A DNA stretch of 64,000 bases. Source: Pseudogymnoascus verrucosus (lineage: Eukaryota). The notes beneath the pieces are model-generated. The model saw only the letters and a program-made list of their open reading frames with translations, did not search any database and was not told the origin of the DNA. The position numbers and the translations under genes are program-made. The DNA lies in the NCBI GenBank assembly GCA_001662655.1, contig KV460220.1; one strand, given 5' to 3'. This document shows positions 56,260-64,000 of this stretch, piece after piece (within the stretch, counting starts at the first letter, position 1; each line of letters begins with the position of its first letter).

Positions 56260-57147
56260 TTACTCGTAGAATACGAGACACCTAACCTCAATACTCTGTC
56301 TCCCCGGGGCCTCTTTCGGCGTCTGCGGATCTATAAACGCCGTATGCCCCGAGCCATGCGCAATTCCCCCTCTCCCAGTCATCAGCTCGCTCTCTGAATC
56401 AAAGCACTTGATAAACATAGCCATGTCGGGCGTCATATCCTTGAAGTAATGGAACCGGTGCTTCTCGTTCGGTGCTATGACATACTGCTCGCCCGTGACC
56501 TCGTACCCCTCTGTCGACGCCGCGGAGCTCGGATCCGCGAGGACTTCGCCCGTTTGGCTCGCGCCTTTGGGGTACAGGAGGTCCACCTTGACGAAGTCGC
56601 TAGGGTCAATGCTGCGCCCGTCGATGACGGCGAGGGGGAAGTCCGACGCGGGGTGCTGGATTGGTCGCCAGACGTTTATAATTTGGTACCGACCCTTGAG
56701 GAGTCCCTCGATTTCGTCTTCTGGGGCATGACGACGCACTCTGACCTCAGCTGCGGCGGGGGTCTGGTCTATATGGACTAGTTGGACTGGTTGTCGCGGA
56801 GAGGCCTTCGCCCTTCGTCGTATCGTGTGATCAAATATGACCACCTTTTTCACGCCCGGAAGCTTCTGGCGAACTAGAGCCTCAACTTCACCGTAATACC
56901 CCTCTTTCACTTGCTTATCATCTGTAAAGGACGTTTCTTTCGCTGGGGCAGTGTACACAGCAAAGCCACAATTATCGGTAGTGAACTCTTTCTCATGGCC
57001 AGTTAAGTCATGGACTGGACGGCTATAATCTTTTAGCCGGTAGGAATTGCCAGCTCCATCAACCTTCGTCCAAGGTTTCTTAAAGGGTTCGGTGGCGTGT
57101 GGATCGTATGAAGTTGGATCAATATATTTGAATGACGCAGTAGTCAT
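56260..57147 (-). CDS. AsaB/GA4-desaturase/CmcJ-like protein (putative non-heme iron hydroxylase/desaturase)
   Basis: FDHTIRRR, VHIDQT, RYQIINVWRPI, PLAVID, FIKCFDS, HTAFIDP, RQSIEVRCLVF. Likely start MTTASF at 57147. Confidence 0.8.
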   Translation of the reverse strand: MTTASFKYIDPTSYDPHATEPFKKPWTKVDGAGNSYRLKDYSRPVHDLTGHEKEFTTDNCGFAVYTAPAKETSFTDDKQVKEGYYGEVEALVRQKLPGVKKVVIFDHTIRRRAKASPRQPVQLVHIDQTPAAAEVRVRRHAPEDEIEGLLKGRYQIINVWRPIQHPASDFPLAVIDGRSIDPSDFVKVDLLYPKGASQTGEVLADPSSAASTEGYEVTGEQYVIAPNEKHRFHYFKDMTPDMAMFIKCFDSESELMTGRGGIAHGSGHTAFIDPQTPKEAPGRQSIEVRCLVFYE

Positions 57148-57761
57148 CGTAGCGGTTAGGTAGCTGACAGTGCTGGTATGAACGAAAGATATAGGAATCC
57201 CTTGCTTCAAAACTAAAGCTCTCACTTGCTTTCTTAGAAGTGGGATATCGGTGACGAGACAACGAAATGCTTGAAATGTCATGGTACTATTTTGGCGGAA
57301 TGAGGGGTCGTTGAAGCTTACAAATTAAGCTACTTACATGGCCCACTAAGCCAAGAAGTTAGCGATGCCACCCTCACCACATCCCTTAACCGCAACAACG
57401 CATTGAGCTATTCTCTCTCGAAGCTGCCCCTTCCCGTCTCTTTGATTAGGTTACTCTGATTGTGGTAGTAAGAGCAGGGATGGAGGATTGCTGCGATGAT
57501 GAAATAATTCTAATATGTTTTTGAGCACGTGACAGGCGCTGTTCATGAGCAGTGATTATACGATTGGGTTTGATGATTGATGTATTTATATATCTATATC
57601 TTATAAGAATTGTAGTTTATAAAACCCATAATAGTAACATGCTGAATCGGTAAGGCCTTCAACATCTATATGTGAAAAGCTGTCCACAACGACCGTTTCT
57701 CAACGTCTCTAGTATACCGCGTAAACATCTATATGATAAACCACATATCCCCTGTACTCCC

Positions 57762-59670
57762 CTAATTTGCCGAGTTTGATGGCTGGGACTGTTTATTGCC
57801 GACAAAGCTGTTCTGTCGACTCGCCACATAGCTGTTCGGCCGGCTCGCCACGTAGCTGTTCTGACGACTCCCCATACCCTGTCGAACCCTAACACTCTGC
57901 TGAGATCGCGCGAAAGAATTAGCCCTCGAGTGTGTAGGCATTCTTGAAAGGCGATGGCCGCCGGTAGCCATTTCTTCACGCGCACTAGAGAGTTGTTGCG
58001 CGAAGGGTGAGCGCTTGCGTAGCTGAGGTCCACGGAGATAAATGACGTAGACGGCAACAACAAGGACGCAAGAAATGCAGAAGAGGATGGTGAAAGCGTA
58101 TGGAAGGTGATTTTTCCCACCGATATCTGCAGTTGTTGTTAGCTTGGAATCTGGATGGGTTAAAATACGACAACTTACTTTGGAAAAATGGAGTCGCAGG
58201 AATAGTAAGGACACCAGCGAGGAAGTCACGCGACCATCCATTACCACCCGTCGCAGAAGCTGAATATGGTCCGTAGGCACAGACCATATAATCGATTGTT
58301 GCCATGTAAATACTATAGTTGGCGATTCCAACAATAGCTGCTGCAATACAGGTGCCGATCCAGTGGATAGGTGGTCCGGTCGAAGTCCATCCGAAGATTA
58401 TTAGTCCTATTGGCAGGCATGGAGCAGTAAATAGAAGCCACCAGAGACGTGATTCGTATTGGGCCTTCTCGTCGTGTGGTTTCTCCTTCCGTTCCTTGAT
58501 ATTGCGCCTAATGGCGGGAATAAAAGAGGCCCACGCGATAAAATATCCGACCAGAAGTGGGATGAAGGCGAGGCCGACCTGGTACGTGTTGAAGCCCCAT
58601 TGCTTGTAAACGAGTCCATATGACTGGACAAACATGAAGATGAGGGCATCGCTGAAGCCACTGAGGAGTGATAGTGTGAGAACGATTGGCTCTGTTAAGA
58701 ACATCTTGAAAGGCCGAATCCAAGTGGCTAAGATTTCCCGAGCAGAAAACCGTTCCCTGAATGGAACAAGCTCGTTGGGGCCATAGACATTGGGACTTGT
58801 GCCGTCCTTGCGCCGCCTTTTAGCGATCTTATCCATCATGACTGTAGTTCTAGTCTCCGGGACGGTAAGTAAGTGAAGAAGCTGGACAGCAACACCAAAA
58901 ATGAGTTGGATCCAGATATTCCACCTCCAGGCACAATATTGCTCGACAAAACCGCCAACAACAGGACCAAGGACGGAACCTCCCACCGACGAAAAGACAA
59001 TGAAGGCGACGGCATATTGTTGCCTGTCGGCTTCAAACATATCGGCAATCATCCCCAACGTGACCGAGCCACCAGCGGATGAGAGACCGCCGAGCGCACG
59101 ACCAACTAAAACAGTTGCAAAGTTCGGTGCAAGAGCAACCGGAATTTGCCAAATATTGACCAGAAACAAACTTGCTTGAAGGATTGGCTTGCGACCCAGT
59201 TCCTCACTCCACGGTGCCCAGAGTTCGCAGCCAAAAGCGTAGGTGATGAGGAAGATTGCCGCTCCAGCACGGGCAGCTTGATCGCTAACACCGAACTCCG
59301 CACCTATGCCACCGATGGCATTGGAGTATAAACTAGTGTTGAAGTTCATTGACACTTGGACAATGAAAATAACGCTTAATATCCACCACTTCTTCGCCGA
59401 GGTAAATGAGAACCCAAGTTCATCGTAGCAGTCCTCCTCGGTGATCTCTTGCTGTACGTTTGTTCCGGTCTTTTCGATTACACGAGTTTCCTCGAGGCCA
59501 TGAATGGGAAAGCGCGGGCGGTTTGGCGGTGCCTTTTCGCCTGTCGAATCGTGATTGTCGGTGCTGGTGGACGTTGTTAAGTCCTCACTGGAGCTTGCGT
59601 GTCCTATGGTTTCGATTGTTTCCAGGGCATTCGCATCTCTGTGGGGGTCTGATTCATGGGGAGTCGCCAT
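57762..59670 (-). CDS. MFS drug:H+ antiporter (DHA1 family)
   Basis: KKWWIL, WAPWSEELGRKP, VPETR, LTEPIV, ESRL, YGPYSASA. Intron 58127-58178 joins the 57985.. and 57762.. ORFs. Confidence 0.9.
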
Positions 59671-60869
59671 CTTGGAGTGCGAGGCCTCAGGTAGTAGTAT
59701 ATGGATTAACCAGTAAAATATTCATGACAAGTTGGCTAAATAAAAGGCGACATAGATTGATATCAGGGAGCGGAAAATGGCGTCCAAGATGCACAGCAGC
59801 GCCTCAAGTTATAATAATTAGGCTCGGTAGATACAACATTAATTTAGACAGCGAAACGCGGCATATATATGGTCACGGCCAGCATGGCATTTATCAAGTT
59901 TTAGTAACTAAGTCATTTTTAAACAGAAATTGTGGAGCTGTAGGATTTCTTGCCTCTCTCCCCCGGGTTATGGTTCTCCAGTAGGAAAAGATCTATCGCC
60001 AGATCAACTGGGGCGCCCACTGAAAAGAGCGATGTTATCCAAACAAATTTCCCCTTAAATGTGACGTCACAAGCGCTTACACCTTGCCAGCGAATCCGCA
60101 ATGAACAATCAGGGAAGAAGAGAAAGACATGTAAGCGTAGAAATCCGGGCTGCCTTTTGTAAATAGCTATTTTATTTGATTTCATATATATATATATGTG
60201 TTTTTTTATAAAGGGCGATAATAAATATGATCTTTCTACCGCAATTAAATGTTATTCACTTTTTGAGTGGCAAGATCTTCCCTCGTACCTCGTTAATCGG
60301 ACTTGGCCTCTGAATCGGCTTGGCCGCCTAATCGGGTATCGCACCGAGACGTACCTTGCCGCTACTTCCGAAAAGGGGTATGGATTGTTGCAGGGAATCA
60401 AGCTAACTATCCCGCTAGTGGCTGGTCTAAAAGCCGTCTCCGCCGCCTTCGCCGTGTTCGACCGCCGTAGCCGCCTCTGGAGAAGTTGGGGAGAGGAGGG
60501 GAGAGAGTTGCGGAGAGTCGTGGAGGGTTGGGGGGGGTTGGGGAAGGGGACGATCCTGATGAGCGGGTACTCTACGAGGGTGTGTTGAGTTTGAGCTTAC
60601 GTAACTGATATTTTTCAGGTACCGTGCTATTGCAGTATTTTCCTTGATTCGCCATGTGCGAGCCACAAGTTCGGAAAGTGCTAAGGTTCCAGCCACATCA
60701 TTGCTAGTCAGCTGACGCCCATCATCATCAAAGTTGTAGAAATCGTAGTGCAAAGACAATGCCAAGAGGGGGGCTCTATTTTTTTTTTTGTGGATAACCG
60801 AATAGCTTCAGTATGTTAGGTAAAATATTCATGCTTCTTGTATTTGTATGACACAGTAAGTAAATTATG

Positions 60870-61115
60870 AAAGTAACGCGTGTGGGAGTTGAAAGTTTGC
60901 AGGGCCACGAAAAGTGTTTAGATGACCGATGATATGCCTGCTTCTTAGATTGTACGAACATACTCCGTAGTAAGTAAAATATAAAAATAACGCGTGCAGA
61001 AGTTGAAAGTTAGCAAGATCACCAAAAAGTGTTTTAGGTGATAATATACTTCTTAGGTTTGTACTGTTGAAAAGTTGAAAGTTGAAAGTTTAGTAGCAGG
61101 GTCACAAAACGTGTT
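60870..61115. repeat. Degenerate tandem repeat (~115-bp unit, ~2.5 copies)
   Basis: aacgcgtg...agttgaaagtt.gca.g..cac.aaaagtgttt...cttcttag.ttgtac at ~60875 and ~60989, with a partial third copy gttgaaagtt...gcagggtcacaaaacgtgtt at ~61081. Confidence 0.7.
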
Positions 61116-61374
61116 CTGTGTGCCGGTGACGATATCTCCAGGTACCAGGGTCCTGATAAACCACCTTCGTTATCTGATATTAGAGTTTTGCAATGGGCAC
61201 CCAGTATATAAGCTACACTACCCAGCGTTCAACTCGGACCGTAGGTTATCGCCTTGCCAAGTTCTTAGCGGCGTTTCAGCTGATCGGGACGGATCCCCAG
61301 CCGCGAGTGCTTATTTTGACAGGTCAATCATTTCGGAGTGAGAGCTGGACTGGGAAGAGTGTAAATACTCCGTC

Positions 61375-63865
61375 ATGTCGGAACAACACAACCCCAACGT
61401 CGCGGCCGGGCTCGAGCCAAATGGCAATTTTTCATGGGATGATTCCTTCGCAAGTGAATCCCAATCGAAGCGGCAGTCTTCGCACCGTAATTGCCATTGC
61501 TATCGTTCACATGCGGATGCGGCTGACATGAACTACAGAGGACAAGAAGAAGTACCATTGCCCATGCGGCAGCACCATGTCTCGAAGGTATGTCCATGGG
61601 ATCTTCGAACTCAGGCTACAACAAAAGAGAGCAAAGATGATCTAATCGTCCTCGCATTTAAGCGACGTACTGTTGCGACATATTCGAAAGTGCCAGATGG
61701 CCCGGGATACACTTGAGAGCTCGGGTTCCACGTCAAGAAGGCCGTCTCGGTCTAAAACGGCGTGCAATGAGTGTGCCGCCTCTAGACTGAAATGCGACTC
61801 TCAAAATCCTTGCTCAGGATGCAAAAAGAAGTCATTGAGGTGTGAGTACACAAGGAAAGGATACTCGGATCCATACAAAGTCTTCCGTATCCCAGCGGCA
61901 AATCCTGTCGTGGAACAGGCACAACAGGCACCCGAGCCACACCCTCATCAGCCTCAAAACATGAATGCAGAATCTGCCGCCAGCATTCTACCAACGCCGC
62001 CTGGCAATACTATATCTGCTGCGGAACAAAGTGGTGTGCTGGAATTCACCGGGTTTGATTTTAATACACCCTTCGATCACACAAATGCGACCCCCCTTTC
62101 AGGCTACAGCTCAGCCGGCATGAATGATGCTTTCCTAGACCTAGACTGGGACTCATTATTAACGAATTTAGACTGGCCGGAAAATATGGTCTCGGCAAAC
62201 AATGCCGCGACGGCTTCGTCAGATTTTACCGAAATAAGCTCAGTTCCGAAAGAGGCTGCATGGAATTTCACTGAAGGGCTTCAACTGCGGCAAATCGACA
62301 GTGTCGAAGCCAAGTGTGTTGAGATACAGAACTACATAGGGGCGTTTCAGACGGGTATTGACCATACCATTCTATCCAAGTACATAACTCGAGATCGGCT
62401 GGTCGATTGTGTCCAGCTCTACGGGAAATGCTTCCAATCCATCCACCCCATTCTTCATTTGCCAACATTTGAACTCACTAAGACGCCACCTGACTTACTT
62501 GCAGCCATGATGCTAGTGGGCGCTTGCTATTCCAGCAACATCATTCCTCCAGCGATTGTTGTACAGGGGGCAATACATATGCTGCTTGTATTAGAGTGCT
62601 CGTCGGTAAGCGCGTCTCGGTGGCTGTTTCGGAACATAGACGCTGACAGGTTTATTTTAGCACGAAAGAGCAATGAACGCGCCCCCATTAGCATCAATAC
62701 AGGCCACTGCTCTATTGTGTCAGCTCCTCATTTTAACCCAGAACCCCCAAGCCTATTATTTCGCCACAATGTATAGAGCTCGCACCATCTCGGTACGTCT
62801 AATATCAACGTTATTTTTCTTTGAAATTGGCCGGACTAATCATGGTTGTTCCTGAGTGTAGATGGCCGAACGTGCAGGTCTTTTCTACGCCAGCGACACC
62901 CCAAGTCACTGGGATTTGAAAGAGAGCTCCTTTGATTGGTTTCAATGGAGTCAATTAGAGATGCGAAAAAGGTTAGCAGGATATATGAACTGACGTATAT
63001 GTTCTGCACAACTAACATTGAGCGATCTGGTAGACTTGCGCATCACATTTTTGTCGACGACATTGGAGCCAATATGTTTACACGAAGCTCATCACACATA
63101 TCACCATTCACGTTCTACGTCGACACACCATGTTATAATGATTGCTGGGTAGCCCCCACTGCGAATGAATGCCTAGAGAAGCTACGAATCGCACCTCCTC
63201 CTATTAAGGTAGCAACGGCTGTCAAAAGGCTTCGATCGGCCTCCTCTCTACAGGGCAATCATCTTTTCGATGCATCAGATTGTGGGATGCTTGAAATCAT
63301 AGTAGCGCTTCACAACGTACTGTTCCGCGCAATGGAGGAGAGCTTGGATGATGAGAATAATGTGCCACTGGACGACGCCACCTCGTCAACCCAATCAACA
63401 GATGTGAATTTCTCAGACTTACTGAATCGCGACCTCCTCAATTACGACATTGCAAATATTGCCAGTAAGATTGTCGGTAAATACGGGTCCGCCTCTATCA
63501 GACGCGTTGACGATGCTCTCGATGCCTGGCTGAGGAATTGGAATGCTCGTCTAAGGCGTGACATCTACGACGAGAGACACGGCGCCTTCACTCATCCATT
63601 GAACTTCTGGCTCCTGGCTAAATTGTTTGTCGTTCTGCACTTTTTTCGAAACCGTTATCAAGGAAACGTCCCCGACATGGGGGAGGATGGCCAACCACAA
63701 CGAGATTCAGAACTGCATGCATTCTACAACAATAATGGAGCGGCCCAGGGTAGGTTGGCAATCCAGATGCAGGTGATTGGTTGGCTATCAAAGCTTAGAA
63801 AGCAACGAGAAGGAAGCTTGTTGTCTGGCGGGAGTTTCATATCGGAGGTTTTGAACATGCAATAG
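61375..63865 (+). CDS. Transcription factor with a C2HC zinc finger, a Zn(II)2Cys6 cluster and a fungal-specific TF domain
   Basis: Spliced KKKYHCPCGSTMSRSDVLLRHIRKC (introns ~61488-61538 and ~61588-61661), then ACNECAASRLKCDSQNPCSGCKKKSLRC and FQSIHPILHLPTF. Further introns near 62607, 62793 and 62971. Confidence 0.85.
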
Positions 63866-64000
63866 CGGTTAGTACACTTCGAATGTAAAAGAGAATGCTT
63901 TACTTAATTCTATAATGATATCCCAAGTAAGTTTAGACGTAAATATCCTGGGTTTAAATTGAGATCGACTTGACTGTCGAACGCATTGATGATGGCGCCA

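Noticed and set aside
60196..60765. Short ORFs 60196..60588 (+) and 60427..60765 (-)
   Set aside because: No recognisable motif or consistent exon structure. A gene relic cannot be excluded but is unsupported.
56260..63865. Secondary-metabolite biosynthetic cluster
   Set aside because: A tailoring-like enzyme, MFS and TF are present, but no PKS, NRPS or terpene synthase lies in the window. One could lie beyond the right edge.
1..64000. tRNA, rRNA or telomeric repeats
   Set aside because: None recognised by eye. tRNAscan-SE and Infernal would be needed to exclude small RNAs.

Overview
Eukaryotic DNA from a filamentous ascomycete, shown by short GT-AG introns with CTRAC/CTAAC branch sites and fungal-specific gene families. 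The genus cannot be established from the sequence alone. There are about 22 protein-coding loci, two of them pseudogenes. From left to right: (i) 1-16 kb: a Fungal_trans_2-type TF, a spliced GPI-anchored protein with two 6-Cys modules that the ORF track misses, an F-box gene, an Rgt1-like Zn2Cys6 TF and an Ace1/AceA-type copper-fist TF. (ii) 17.4-27.8 kb: a triacetylfusarinine C siderophore module (ABC transporter, sidG, mirB, estB) with SreA-type GATA sites, bracketed by AT-rich transposon-like relics. (iii) 29-41 kb: an accessory block with MDR and SDR oxidoreductases, a CENP-B/pogo HTH-DUF3425 chimeric regulator, a dead alpha/beta-hydrolase, a 41-bp hairpin and a NACHT-ankyrin NLR pseudogene with RIP-type stops. 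(iv) 41-48.5 kb: GH28 exo-polygalacturonase, a diverged Hsp70-like protein and an FLC/TRP-like channel. (v) 49.3-56 kb, the most interesting locus: a sugar porter divergent from an intronless, signal-peptide-less bacterial-type sulfatase resembling GlcNAc-6-sulfatases (S1_11), followed by a secreted GH20 hexosaminidase whose YLDCG motif reads YLACG. The shared promoter holds a perfect CYS3/MetR palindrome. This looks like a fungal sulfated-hexosamine scavenging cluster. (vi) 56-64 kb: an AsaB/GA4-desaturase-like enzyme, a DHA1 MFS transporter and a C2HC+Zn2Cys6 TF. All family calls come from motif recognition by eye, with no database search.
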